The notes: generated by a model not told the origin, from the letters alone. Counted from the first letter of the whole stretch, positions 50,078 through 62,599 are shown. The stretch: 63,389 nucleotides of DNA, filler included, from Globobulimina sp. (GCA_003354225.1; 35 parts of 35 records of this genome joined end to end with filler, not necessarily neighbours in it); one strand, 5' to 3'. Translations and numbers: made by a program.

Positions 50078-51291
50078 TATTTCAATTATTTCTTCTCGAT
50101 TTCTAATTTCCGAGGGCGTATTGTTAGTTTTTTTGTTGACACGATTTGGCTAATTTTTAAAATCAATCAATGCCAAAAATAAAAACAATGCATTGTATAA
50201 CAATTCTCCATTATGTTTTTTTGCTTTGGCGTAGTGGTGAAAATGTTGGTTCTTGTTTTGCTTCTTTTCCTTGTTTCTTATATTTCTTTCCATCATATTC
50301 ACCGCCAAAAATCGAAGCTATATATTTAATAGTTCTACGTTTCATTCTTATTGTTAATAAAAATCTAATTATAATATATTGTAAAAGTTTTTTTAGTAAA
50401 TAATATATTGTAAAAGCGTATCTCAGCTAAAGTCACATGCTGACAGAAGGTGGAAACCGTTTCATCTGAATCTCTTCTTCGAAACAAATCAGCACAAATA
50501 ACAAAACCAATGTTGCATCACTATGCACGTCAACAGCTACACAATAATGTATTAATATGGTTGCAAAATGAATTTGGAAATAACTGGAAGTATTAAATAA
50601 ATATAATATATTACGGATTTCGAATTGATGTACCTTTTTTTTTTGCATCAAAAGTTGTAAAAGTAAAAAAATGATGAAATGTTAAAATGTATGCAAATCA
50701 TNNNNNNNNNNNNNNNNNNNNNNNNNNNNNNNNNNNNNNNNNNNNTTAATTAATTAANNNNNNNNNNNNNNNNNNNNNNNNNNNNNNNNNNNNNNNNNNN
50801 NATGGAACAATCATTGCGGAAAAGCCAAAGTGCAAAGTTGTGATTTTGCGGAACAGTTTTTACAAGTGCGGAAACACAATGCGGATAATATATACAGCTC
50901 CGCAAAATGCTTTTTCTTTTACTGTTTCTGTTCCTTGTCATTTTACCGTTGGTGACACACACGTGGTAACCCAGTTGCTTTTGCGTTGGTGAGGATAACA
51001 CTGTGTTGGACCCTGGTGGTTCAACTGTACCAAACAGCGGAACCGATGTTGGCTCCATGCTCAAGCATTTAATGTTACCATACAGACAGTTTTGCGGAAA
51101 AGTTTTTAGACTGCCGCAAATCTGTTTCACAACTACAAAAGCTCCACACTTATGTTCCGCAAAAAGGTGCCGTGTGATTAGTGTGATTGGTGTGATTAGT
51201 GTGATTTGAAAGAATTGGTCAAATTTGAAAGAATTGGCGGTGATACTCTTCATTTTGGCAGGGTTTTAAAGCAATTAATTCGAAAATGTGG

Positions 51292-52152
51292 TCACTGTCT
51301 AACTGGTGTTCCCAAAGAACAATTTAAATGCGCTGTGGAATTATCATTAAAATACGCTGTGGCATATTTAATTATATTTGACAAGCCGTGTTGTTTGTTG
51401 CCATATAATTGGTTATAATCGTTAGCAATCATTGATATTATTTTTTGTGCTTTTGTATCCGATCTACGTTGGAATGCACCAATGGGTATATTGCCATGGT
51501 CATAGATGACAAAGGCGGAGGTCATGGCTCGCAATGCTAAGTGTTGTGATTCTGCATCTTTGCCAAACTTATTTTCTTTCAATAAATCTAAACATGCATT
51601 ACAGAAAATGGCCAATATTTTTAAACATTGCGGGTTATTCGCTAACTGAGTCGCCACTTCTTTCATTAATGGGATTGCTTGCGCTAAAAACATAGATACA
51701 AATCCCGCCTTTTCATTGGAAACACTCCACTCCAAATCACATAAATATTCTACGTGTTGTTTGTTTAATGTTCGTTTATAAAAACTAAAATCGTTTTGGA
51801 TTTGGGGTTGCATCATTTTTTTCTGATCAAATGTTAATAAAAAATCAAGCATTAATGCAAATTCACGGACTAATGCTTGGTGTGTCAATATTGTTAATTC
51901 TGAGACATTACTTTTCTTTTCACTTTTTTTTTCTTCTTCTTCTTGTACTATATCAATATCATTATCATTGTAATTAATATCTATCTCATTATCATTATAG
52001 TCGTCACATTCGCTGTTATCATTATCATTGTCCTTATCACTGTCAATATTGTAATCAATTATTGGTGCGGATAGACGTGGAAGTAACAGTTTTACTAAAA
52101 AATTTTGTGTGTGTGGTGCAAGGAATAACGCGTCTGTGAGTTTGACTCCCAT
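51292..52152 (-). CDS. CYRI/FAM49-family Rac-interacting protein
   Basis: FDQKKMMQPQIQNDFSFYKRTL, VSMFLAQAIPLMK, LRAMTSAFVIYDH..GAF, IKYATAYFNDNST. Confidence 0.88.
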   Translation of the reverse strand: MGVKLTDALFLAPHTQNFLVKLLLPRLSAPIIDYNIDSDKDNDNDNSECDDYNDNEIDINYNDNDIDIVQEEEEKKSEKKSNVSELTILTHQALVREFALMLDFLLTFDQKKMMQPQIQNDFSFYKRTLNKQHVEYLCDLEWSVSNEKAGFVSMFLAQAIPLMKEVATQLANNPQCLKILAIFCNACLDLLKENKFGKDAESQHLALRAMTSAFVIYDHGNIPIGAFQRRSDTKAQKIISMIANDYNQLYGNKQHGLSNIIKYATAYFNDNSTAHLNCSLGTPVRQ

Positions 52153-52248
52153 CACATATGGCGTAGAGAGGGTGGCTGTGTTTCTAGTCTTTCAGATTGG
52201 TGCGCTTCCGATCAATAATCACACAAATCACACAAATCACACATTATT

Positions 52249-52458
52249 GATCCTATCCTATCCTAGACTCTCCTAAACTATCCTAGACTCTCCTACCCTA
52301 TCCTAAACTATCCTAGACTCTCGTATCCTATCCTAAACTATCCTAGACTCTCCTATCCTAGACTCTCCTACACTATCCTAAAGTATCATAGACTCTCCTA
52401 TCCTATCCTAAACTATCCTAGACTCTCGTATCCTATCCTAGACTATCCTAGACTTTCC
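52249..52458. repeat. Composite minisatellite built from TATCC / TAGACTCTCC / TAAAC units
   Basis: Repeated tatcctaaactatcctagactctc(c/g) variants. Confidence 0.92.
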
Positions 52459-52614
52459 AATTGACGTATTTTTTGATTATGATTGATGTAAGAAATATTT
52501 ATTTTCTGATTATGNNNNNNNNNNNNNNNNNNNNNNNNNNNNNNNNNNNNNNNNNNNNTTAATTAATTAANNNNNNNNNNNNNNNNNNNNNNNNNNNNNN
52601 NNNNNNNNNNNNNN

Positions 52615-54075
52615 ATAAACATATTTTTGCTATCTTGAGATAATGCGTGTAAGCTACAAACCCAATCTTGCATCTCCTGACAACTCCATTTACGCACTTT
52701 TTTTGACGTCCAGGTTGTTGATATTGTATGTTGCCGTTTCTTTGATTTTGCTTTGTTTTCTGCATTGCATTTGACGCTGACCTGAGCCGCCTGATTGTGG
52801 CAAGAACCTAGATTTTGAATTTGAGCATAAATTAAGTTTCCAGTATTTGTTTCAATGTCAAATGTTTCAGCAATTTCTTGACCGTTTTGACACGAAATAA
52901 AATCAACCGCAGTAATTTGAAATTCTTCAATTCCAGAAATTATTTTAGTTTTGCTCACTTTCGACAACATATCCAAACTATTTATCCAATCCGTTAATTG
53001 TTGACACGTCCATTTGTGCACTGCTTGTGTGGATTTCTCATTTACTGCAGTTTTCATTTCACAGTTAGATGAGTCAGTTTTTGATTTCACGTTAATATTT
53101 GCCTTCTTTTTGCTGATTGTTGGTGCCGACTGTCGAGAATTATTTGATTGCATCGCATCGAAAAGTGGCAATGGTGGGAAGTCATTCTTTGATATATTTC
53201 CGTTATTTGCAGTTAATGCTTGCGTTGCATTTGTTTTTCTACCTTCTTTTTTTGCCATTTTTTTCTTTTTTTTCTTTTCATCTTTGCTTTGTAGCCGAAT
53301 AATTATCTCTGTCAACACTTGAACATTATAGGAATGGCCATAGTTTTTGTCGTGAATCTTCAACGCTCGTTTTATATAATTCTGCGCAAATCCCATGGAT
53401 GATAATTGTGATTGGATGGAGTCATTCTGCTGTTTTTGTTGATTTTTAATTATTGCCGTTTGGGAACCCGGTTCTGGCTCAATTTTAACATCATCGTGGC
53501 ATGGAACCATGTGCATTGATAATTGAATGTTTCTGTAAATTGCAGAAACAAATTATAACAAATAATTATGGCGGAAAATAATAATTACGTAACTGTTGAA
53601 CCACCAATCTTTTACGCTTAGTTTTAATGTTTGTTTGTTGACATTGCGCATTTGATGTTTTTTTGATTTGATATGTTATTTTTTCAATTTTCAAGGTATA
53701 GGTGTTACCGACATTTAATTCATTCAATTCATGTGATATGGATGTTGGATATTGTATATATGAGCCATTATTATCTTGCCAACACCAAATGATTTGTTGA
53801 TTGTTGTTTGATGATTTGGGGGCAAAGCAAGCTTTACATTTATTTGCATTGGACACGTTGGTTAAGGCACATGTGGAACATGTCCAGTTCGAGTTTGTAT
53901 TCATTTGTCGACGTTCGGATCCTTCATTTTTTTGCTGATTTTTGTGTTCTGTGGTTACAGTGGGTTTGGTACGTATTGCTGTGTTTGTATTGCTGTGTCC
54001 TTCAATTTGATTGGAACAGTCTGAATCTGAATCTTCTAATGAAGAGGCCAAAGACCTAGATATTAAAGAACCCAT
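52615..54075 (-). CDS. RanBP2-type zinc finger, WWE, UBA-like and SAM-like multidomain protein, 3' partial; intron about 53534..53589
   Basis: MGSLIS myristoylation-like start; WTCSTCALTN..KCKAC; WCWQDNNG..Y..QQTNIKTKRKR; LSSMGF..IKRAL; KWTCQQLTDWI and KWSCQEMQDWV. Confidence 0.78.
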
Positions 54076-54517
54076 CTTCGCTGATGACTAGCTCACTAAA
54101 AAACAAAAAACACATAAATGCCCAAAACCTCTCGGTTCGCGTTGTAGACCATTATCTTGGTTCGCGTTTACTCGTTCATTCCTACTAAAACCGCACACCA
54201 AAACATAAACCATTCATTGCAAATTTGCAATCATCAACGTATCGATCCAAACCTAATACATTTAATTAGTTTGGCAACGAATTAATTCGTGCGATGGAGA
54301 CTCGTCATCCAAGCATTGATTTTAAAANNNNNNNNNNNNNNNNNNNNNNNNNNNNNNNNNNNNNNNNNNNNTTAATTAATTAANNNNNNNNNNNNNNNNN
54401 NNNNNNNNNNNNNNNNNNNNNNNNNNNTTCTGTTTTAGATTGATTTCTTTGTGTTTTTACAGAACTGTCATCCAAAAATCCTTTTCATATGACTCGGACT
54501 AGCACAATAAAGTGAAC

Positions 54518-55673
54518 ATGAATGCTTTGGCGTATATTTGGACCGTCAAATCGAATATCGTATTCTGGAAAACTCAAACTGATACATCACCGGAACCAAA
54601 TTCAAGTTCACGGAAATTTGCAATCATTGGAGGGGCGGCAATTGGGTTCATGATCACATATTGCACATATTCAATGTACACGTCTCATAAAAATAGAGCG
54701 TACAGCGCAAGAATCAAAATATGCAAAGTCTGCACTAATTTACATTCAGAAACGCAAACAAAAACAGCGAATATGACAGATCTCACATTACAAAGTGATC
54801 AGAAAGAGTCAAATCAGTGCAACCGACTTAACCCGCAAGCATATGAACTGTTTACCAAACATTGGGGCAGCAATAAACACCGCAACCATGCCCATAAAGC
54901 GCCGATTTATCCGAAAATATTATGTGGGCAAACACTGCTTCTGTGCATTCACCATAAACCAAATATATTTGTCATTGAAAATTTCCTCTGTGAGTGTGAA
55001 ATAACTCATTTGTTGAAGATTTGTAGAAATAATATGAAACACTTTGAATTATCGTACACACAGCCAACAGATTCGAGATGTCAGCAAGTTATGTGTCTAT
55101 TTTATTTTATCTATACATGTTCCACTCTGACTGCAGACAAGCAACAATGTTCAGATTTATTCAGCACAGCGAACCTCCACAAATCTGTTTTTACCAAAAT
55201 CCGTGGATATAATAATTACTTCCATCGAGAACAGAGCAGCCAATGTCGTCGGTGTAGCAAATAAAAGCGTCGAACCACTGCAGATCGTACGTTATATCAA
55301 CGGGCAGCATTTTGATTTGCATCATGATGCTGGAACATTAAAGATAGAAAACCCTAAACAATGCAATCAATCCGGAGATGAATGGAAACATTCCATTAAA
55401 AAATGTGAGTGTGAGTATTGTGTGGATATTATGTCGCCATCGCGTATCTGTTCGTTTTTTGTATATTTAACCTCGGCCACTCCACAAAATGGCGGAGAAA
55501 CATATTTCCCTAAAATTGGGCTGAAAATGCGACCACAGCGAGGCACCGCCCTTTTATGGTGCAATGTTGAGGCTGACAATGTGTTGAAAGCCGACCCAAT
55601 GTTGATTCACAAAGCATTTCCCGTAATAGGCAATCATGAGAAAATTGGAATGAATATTTGGATCAATCAATAA
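54518..55673 (+). CDS. Prolyl 4-hydroxylase alpha-like 2OG-Fe(II) dioxygenase; intron 55088..55136
   Basis: PNIFVIENFL, QRTS, EPLQIVRY..FDLHHD, FFVYL..GGETYFP, IHKAFPV..EKIGMNIWI. Confidence 0.92.
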
Positions 55674-56261
55674 AAAATAGCATTTCATTTGTATTATTTT
55701 GGTTTATTTGTTTAATATATATATATATAATATATAATATCGATTTGTGTTTATGAATGGTCAAATTTATATTTTTGAATGAGATATTATTGTTATTTGA
55801 CTGTTTCAGAGATTCAGATGGATCATTTGAGCGTTGAGCATGTTTGTTTGTTGTTTGTTTGTTTGTTTGTTACTTACTTTTGCAGGCGTTTGTGTTTAAT
55901 GCAATTGCGAAAATATGCCATTTTTATATATTTACATTCTTTTTGTATTGTATTATCCATTTATATGTATAGCCATAAAGATTAAATAAATATTGACTTT
56001 TAAACGTTTACAGACTTTTTTTATTTAAGTCCAAAAAAACTTTCGTTTTCTAAGCTACAAAGCGTTTTATATTAAATTAAATTGTCTCAATCATCGCTTG
56101 CTGCCATTAATCGGAGCAAAGTCAAAAATAAATTTACAATNNNNNNNNNNNNNNNNNNNNNNNNNNNNNNNNNNNNNNNNNNNNTTAATTAATTAANNNN
56201 NNNNNNNNNNNNNNNNNNNNNNNNNNNNNNNNNNNNNNNNACTAAAGTTCGTATTCCTCGC

Positions 56262-56575
56262 ATCCAAATAAGACTGGCATTTTTTTGATTTATTTGAGAA
56301 TTATATATTGAATGGATTTGAATAGGAATGAATGGATATGATTAGGAATGACTTGTAATCAATGCCATTCATACCCATTGCGCGTTGGTTATAATTTGTG
56401 GGATGCTCTATCCAACCATTCAACATTTGAATGAAACTGAATGACTTTGAATGCTTTGAATCAGTTTGAATGGAAGGATACATATTTGCATCATTCAAAG
56501 TCAGCTCATTCAAAGTAAGTCAGTATTGCATTCAATTCTCAAATAAATCAAAAAAAATGCCAGTCTTATTTGGAT
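56262..56575. mobile_element. Putative MITE with terminal inverted repeats of about 41 bp
   Basis: atccaaataagactggcatttttttgatttatttgagaatt (56262..56302) is mirrored at 56534..56575, with one indel in the T/A run. Confidence 0.75.
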
Positions 56576-56735
56576 TGGGTCTTATTGTATGTAATATCTG
56601 AACATTCTTTTGATTCTGATCAGTGCAATTTGATTTAAGTACAATATAACGGGTGATATTATATTATTGGCGGCATGCATTGCAATTAAGCATATTCAAC
56701 GCATTTACACAATGTCATTCAATATAAGTATTTAT

Positions 56736-57077
56736 TTATTTATCAGGCAATTTAACGCAGTGCACCCATTTCACAATTATTACATGCTCTTCCTCCTTTG
56801 CTTTATTTATAATCGTAGCCAAATGGTTTTCATTTTTAACAAATTCCTTTAATTGACTTTGTTTAGCAATAAGATCATGGTATGTTTGAATACCATACTG
56901 CTCCATATCACATTTATAGTTATTTCCATATTCATAACCTAAATCTTCTAACATTTCATCAATTTGACTGTCTGGTTTAGGTCCCTTATTTGGAATAGAT
57001 TTGGATTTGGTTGGCAACACAGTCTTGCCTTCATATGCCAATCTATCACATAATTCAATTTCTGTCCCTTTTGCCAT
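56736..57077 (-). CDS. Hypothetical protein
   Basis: 113-aa ATG ORF with protein-like composition, head-to-head with the CAP-Gly gene. Confidence 0.45.
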   Translation of the reverse strand: MAKGTEIELCDRLAYEGKTVLPTKSKSIPNKGPKPDSQIDEMLEDLGYEYGNNYKCDMEQYGIQTYHDLIAKQSQLKEFVKNENHLATIINKAKEEEHVIIVKWVHCVKLPDK

Positions 57078-57259
57078 TGATTGATTTAATTGTTTTTTAA
57101 ATATTATTATTACATTTAGTTGTTTTTTCTCCTCACAATGTAATTTCTTTTGTATTTCATCTAAAATCTGACCAAGGAACTTTTGTGTGGTGTTTCCATT
57201 ATTTTTGATTAAATCTGCATTTATATTATTAAACTAAGTTTTATGCATTGAAAGTAGCA

Positions 57260-57953
57260 ATGGCAGACGACGTAATATTTGAGAAAGAAGATCGTGTAAA
57301 AATTATTAGTTTAGTCTTGTTTTCGTATACATACAAACAAAGAAACAACACATACACATATGGCATCAGGCGGGAAATTAAAAGGAAACAAAGGCTATGT
57401 ACGCTATGTCGGCACAGTGGGATCAAAAGAAGATGCCATATATGTCGGGGTGGAATTGGATGCTCCCAATGGCAAACATGACGGCAAAGTGAAAGGAAAG
57501 CGATTCTTTAAATGTAGAGACCGCCACGGATACATGGCACCATTTGAAGTATTTGCCTTATTTGGGAAATCTAAAAAAAAAATATTAAATCGAAAGCACA
57601 AATTAAAATCCACAAAACCTTCCCGATCATCCACTCCATCATCAAGACCCAATTCGAGAGCTTCCACTCCTTCGCTATCAAGTTATTGCCATATATAAAC
57701 ACCGCAATTTCGCAAAAAAACATGATATAAATAATAAATCCAACATATACACAGAAAAAGACGCCATCACAAAGTTAACAACTATCATTTTTACTAATTT
57801 TTAAGATTATATCCTTGCACTCAGACCCAAGCGAAGACTGCTTGACAGAGACAAAAAAAATGGAAAACCAAGCACTAAAAAAAAGAAATCAGTCAAATTG
57901 CACAAAAACATCTCAGTGACACCAATCACCGATGAGCCATATCAGCCTTTGTC
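57260..57953 (+). CDS. N-terminal CAP-Gly domain protein (dynactin p150-like start), spliced, 3' partial; intron 57309..57369
   Basis: GYVRYVG..YVGVELDAPNGKHDGKVKGKRFFKC, followed by a basic/Ser-rich linker. Confidence 0.88.
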
Positions 57954-58282
57954 NNNNNNNNNNNNNNNNNNNNNNNNNNNNNNNNNNNNNNNNNNNNTTA
58001 ATTAATTAANNNNNNNNNNNNNNNNNNNNNNNNNNNNNNNNNNNNNNNNNNNNATAAATAATGAATAAAAATGAACGACATTTCGCTTTGCATAGCAAAA
58101 AACATACACCAACAACTAAAATACAACCGTGTAAATCGAACCGATTTCCTGTAGCTTTCCAACGATATGTTAATCATTACCACAATTGATCTAAATCCCA
58201 ACTTATGACTACGACCGATTTGTCTTTTTATTAACAAATTTGAATACTTCATTAACAAAACCTTAATCTAGTTTTTGGCGAT

Positions 58283-58468
58283 TTATCATTGAGCGAACAA
58301 AGCGTTTCTAATTGGTTCGCTCACTGATTGTATGCAAAAAATGGATTATCATTGAGCGAACAAAGCGTTTCTAATTGGTTCGCTCACTGATTGTATGTAA
58401 AAAATGGTTCATCATTGCGTGAACAAAGCGTTTCTAATCGGTTCGCTCACTGATTGTATGCAAAATGA
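58283..58468. repeat. Tandem repeat, three copies of 63 bp, each with an internal palindrome
   Basis: Unit tcattgagcgaacaaagcgtttctaattggttcgctcactgattgtatg.. starts at 58286, 58349 and 58412. Confidence 0.95.
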
Positions 58469-59252
58469 TATTCCTTCTTTTGTTTGATCCATTTTGTCTG
58501 CGCAGCAAGTGTTGATCTTGCCTCTTTTATCTTTTTTAATTGTTTCAAGTGTTTCTGTGTCGGTTGAATTCCATAATTCAGCTTCCATTGCTTCCAAAAT
58601 TCAGCTTCCATAATTTCACTTTATTAAATGTATATATACCTGAAAGTGATGCACACTCAGGGAGTAATTTTGAGTTTATTTTCGATTTCAATTTCTTTTT
58701 AGATGTTTCTTAAGTGATATTTGGTACAACCGATGCATATTTAAGCCCTGGGATTGGGTACCGACGATGCACGTTTGGATTTTCCTTGATCCGCAAACTT
58801 AGAGATTTTCTAAAAAAAACATCATGATCAGAAAACCATTATTCTGATCAGAGAAATGCGAAACGAATATTGGTCTGGTGAATTTCTAAGTTAGTTATTC
58901 CTGCTCCCCGCAAAAAATACTGGTTTTTAGTATTTTTTTCAGTTGAAATTTGCCAAGTCTGGTGAGTCATGATTTCCACGCTATCCTGACATTTTGAGTT
59001 ATCTACCGTTGAGTGTGATTTTTTTCTATATAATTATTGTGTATATATGGTCAAAATAAAAAAAAGTTGTTTGAAAAAATCAGTTGTTTGAAAAAAAGTT
59101 TTTTTTTTGAGAGTTGTTTGAAAAGTTTTTGAAAAAATCAGTACTTATCGGAGAGCCCTATTGTACATCTTATCCGGAACACCACTTTAAAATGTCAACA
59201 TAGTTAGTCAGAAGCATATAAATGATTAAATAAACAAATTTGATAAAAAAAT

Positions 59253-59765
59253 CTATTTTGATTTGTTATATTGCTTGAACTGATGAATGTTTTTTATATA
59301 TTGATCACAAATCTTATGTGAATATGTTGGCTCAGAAAAATAATAACCACCACATACATTACATTCAATAATAATCCAATCACCATTTGATATTTTTGTT
59401 ACATCCCATCCAATTCCAATCATATCATTTAAATATTTATGATGAATATCATTATTTATATAATGAATGAATTCATCCAATCCTTCAATTTCAATCGGAA
59501 ATGTATCCAAATCTTTATGTGACAAATCATATAATGAATCATCATTGGTTCCAATTATTTTTGTAAATAATTTGGTTTCCATATTATAAGAAAACATGCT
59601 GTGATTACTTTCTTCCATATCTTTATTTGCTGAATAATTATCGATCAAACAATTTTCATTTGTAACACATTTCAAATAAACAAATGGTTTTAAATCAGAA
59701 TCTTTGTTAAAAATATAACAATGCCATCTCCGCCATTAACGGGTTTAATTAAAAACTCTGCTTCT
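59253..59765 (-). CDS. ATP-grasp (sugar-transfer-associated / alpha-L-glutamate ligase-like) C-terminal fragment, possibly disrupted
   Basis: FLIKPVNGGDG at the contig edge and IGIGWDVTKISNGDWIIIECN. Confidence 0.55.
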
Positions 59766-59865
59766 NNNNNNNNNNNNNNNNNNNNNNNNNNNNNNNNNNN
59801 NNNNNNNNNTTAATTAATTAANNNNNNNNNNNNNNNNNNNNNNNNNNNNNNNNNNNNNNNNNNNN

Positions 59866-61577
59866 AATATTATTCAGCTCAAAAGCAGTACCTCCGCCAT
59901 TATTATACCAATACACAAAAATATTGTCTTGTCTCAGGATATGAAACGACAATGCAAATATCTCCTCATCCACCGAGAAAATACCTTTTCTACTAAGACC
60001 CAAACATGATTCTGGAACAGACTCCCATTCTTTTGCCAATTTACTGTATGTTTCAGGTCTCACTCTCGCACATTCATCACTGCATAAATAATATCCATCT
60101 TTATGCTCAAAAACATCTTTTTTCGCACAATACCATCCATTTCCTGCACCATTCACAACCAAACCACCACACCACGCACACTCCATATTTTTGCTGATCT
60201 TATTGTTTTCCAATTTATTTAACTTTACACCACAAACACAAAGGGCCTCTCCATGTGCATTCCGATACTGTTTGGCTCCAATCATATAAATAGTGTCTGA
60301 CCATGTTTTCTGTAGATGTCCCCTGTCCACATTTGCGTTTTGAGACACATTTTTAGCCCGTAAATGCTGCGGATGTCTCCTATCCACAATGAACACAAAT
60401 CGATTTCGTCGCTGTGCTCTGACATTCAATTCGCAATATTTAAATATCATATTACAAATCTGTTCCACTAATCCATTATACGACGCTGCAGTTTCCATAA
60501 AATAATCCTTGCCCTCAATACATCCGACTTTTTTATCTCTGTATATTCACATCACATCAAATATAAATACCACACACACAAAATAGATATAATATTATAC
60601 CAAACTTTAAAAAGCTTTCTATGTTCCAAACATCGTTGCCATCCACTGTCAATTTAACATAATGTGCCTTTTTCCTCCTCAGTCGAGGTATGATGCAATA
60701 ATCAATTTGTATGGGAACTACATTAAGCACACCCCGCTGAATTAGCAATTTTATCCGATGAGCTACTTTGTAAAACACCACTGCATATTTAGCGAAATCG
60801 TTTAATCCATCGCAGATCACTGGGAATAGTGTATGGTTATAATTTATTGGAGTTAATAATCTTTTGGTCAATTCTGAGTGACTGCTTTTGATATGTTTGG
60901 CAATGATTGGGTGCGTTTTCTCCATCCATTGGCAATATAGATTCTGTGACCACCACTCATTGCAACTATATCCCTGACTTTTATTCAAATGTCCAAGACC
61001 ATATTTGGTTGTCCTTTCTTTTGAATATAAATATAATAACCAATACATAAATGGTTTCACATTCTTGGCATCGATGGATTTGGCAATCTGTAATGATTTG
61101 CTTTGCATTTTGTAGAGTGAGACATTGTGATTCTTCATAAATGCGACGGTACTTTCAATATCATGCGGACTGATATTAAAATTAAATAATACAATGTGGA
61201 AATATGGCTTCTCCATTTTCATATTTTTTATAATTTCCTGCAATTCTATCTTGATTATATACGTGTCATTTTTATCCATAGTCGACATTCCATTCAATTC
61301 CTCCAAACCGTTTAATACTTGGCTGGAATCAATCTCTTGTATATCTTCCAAAAGATTCTCAAAGTCATACTGTATACACACACATAACAAATAAAAAGGG
61401 TAATTCACACAAAATAATCTTAACTCGGTGTTCAACGATGATTACATTCAATTTATCCAATATTTTCATTGCTAGATCTTCATTGTACATTTTTTTAAAT
61501 TGTTGGACCGTTCGTCTTCGAATTATTTCAATATCCATTTCCTTCTCCTCTCCATTTTTAATCTCCTATACATAATA
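59866..61577 (-). CDS. Hypothetical multi-exon protein with a Cys-rich zinc-binding segment, internal fragment
   Basis: ORFs 60557..61435 and 59866..60498 separated by intron-sized gaps; CVCG..CAWCG..WYC..H..YYLC..C. Confidence 0.55.
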
Positions 61578-61834
61578 NNNNNNNNNNNNNNNNNNNNNNN
61601 NNNNNNNNNNNNNNNNNNNNNTTAATTAATTAANNNNNNNNNNNNNNNNNNNNNNNNNNNNNNNNNNNNNNNNNNNNGTGATCACTGCAAGGTGTTTTTG
61701 ATTTGGTTATAACACATATGTGTCAAATGAGCGTTGTTACCACCGATCAACACTACGTGTCAGAGAAAATTTCTTGTGTTTCTGTATTCAGTTAAAGTGA
61801 CTCAAGTTTTTTGTTTTCTCGTGTATTTATGGCA

Positions 61835-62399
61835 TGTGCGTAAAATACTTATTGGGCTCCCTTTCCTGTCCCGGTAAGCAATAGGTTTGTTTCGTCTGAA
61901 CAGGTATAACAAAAACACAATAATCGTTACAACAACAATAAACATATAACAGTATATCAAGAAATATTTAAGTTATATGATGAGTCATTGGTGACTGTAA
62001 AAGACCAATGAACGAAGACAAATCGAAAATATAAAATGTATCAATCAAATAATAAAACACACGCAACGTTAACACGTGATAATTGTTCTAGATCTTTTAA
62101 TATAAATATGCAATGTTAATATTTTCGTTGGATTGATCAAAGCTGTACCAGCACCAAGACAATTTTTCGATATCTGTATTTTCTCAATATCATACATAAT
62201 ATTACCATCTGAAATAATTCCTGTCTGCCTAAATAATTCTTCGTTCATTGGTCTTTGTACAGTCACCAATGACTCACCATATAACTTAAATATTTCTTGA
62301 TATATGGTTATATGTTTATATTTTGTTGTTGTGAAGATTATTGTGTTTTTGTGCTACCTGTTCAGACAGGAAAGGGGGGCAATAAGTATTTTACGCACA
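61835..62399. repeat. Long diverged inverted repeat (arms 61835..62018 and 62238..62399, spacer about 220 bp)
   Basis: tgtgcgtaaaatacttattg..gtcattggtgactgta-aagaccaatgaacgaaga is mirrored on the right arm. Confidence 0.9.
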
Positions 62400-62599
62400 A
62401 TGACATTCACTTCAGACTTCAGACTTCAGAGACAAAATAATAGTCCAGAGACAAATTCGCAAAAGTTAAGGACATTTTGTCCTATATCCTTCCTATATGT
62501 TATATGTACCCAAGATATGACAGCCGCGGATTATGTTCACGAATAAAAATGAAGGTAGGATCTATTTTTTTATATCTATTTATGAACAGTAAATGCAAC

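Noticed and set aside
50802-51170. Zinc-finger-like coding sequence (repeated tgcgga)
   Set aside because: No consistent frame or Cys/His spacing.
52249-52458. True telomere
   Set aside because: Composite, degenerate units followed by ordinary sequence before the contig end.
58283-58468. CRISPR array
   Set aside because: Units are full tandem copies with no unique spacers and no cas genes.
1716-61677. Regularly spaced TTAATTAATTAA as a biological repeat or array
   Set aside because: It is embedded in N runs with constant length and separates size-sorted contigs, so it is an assembly linker.
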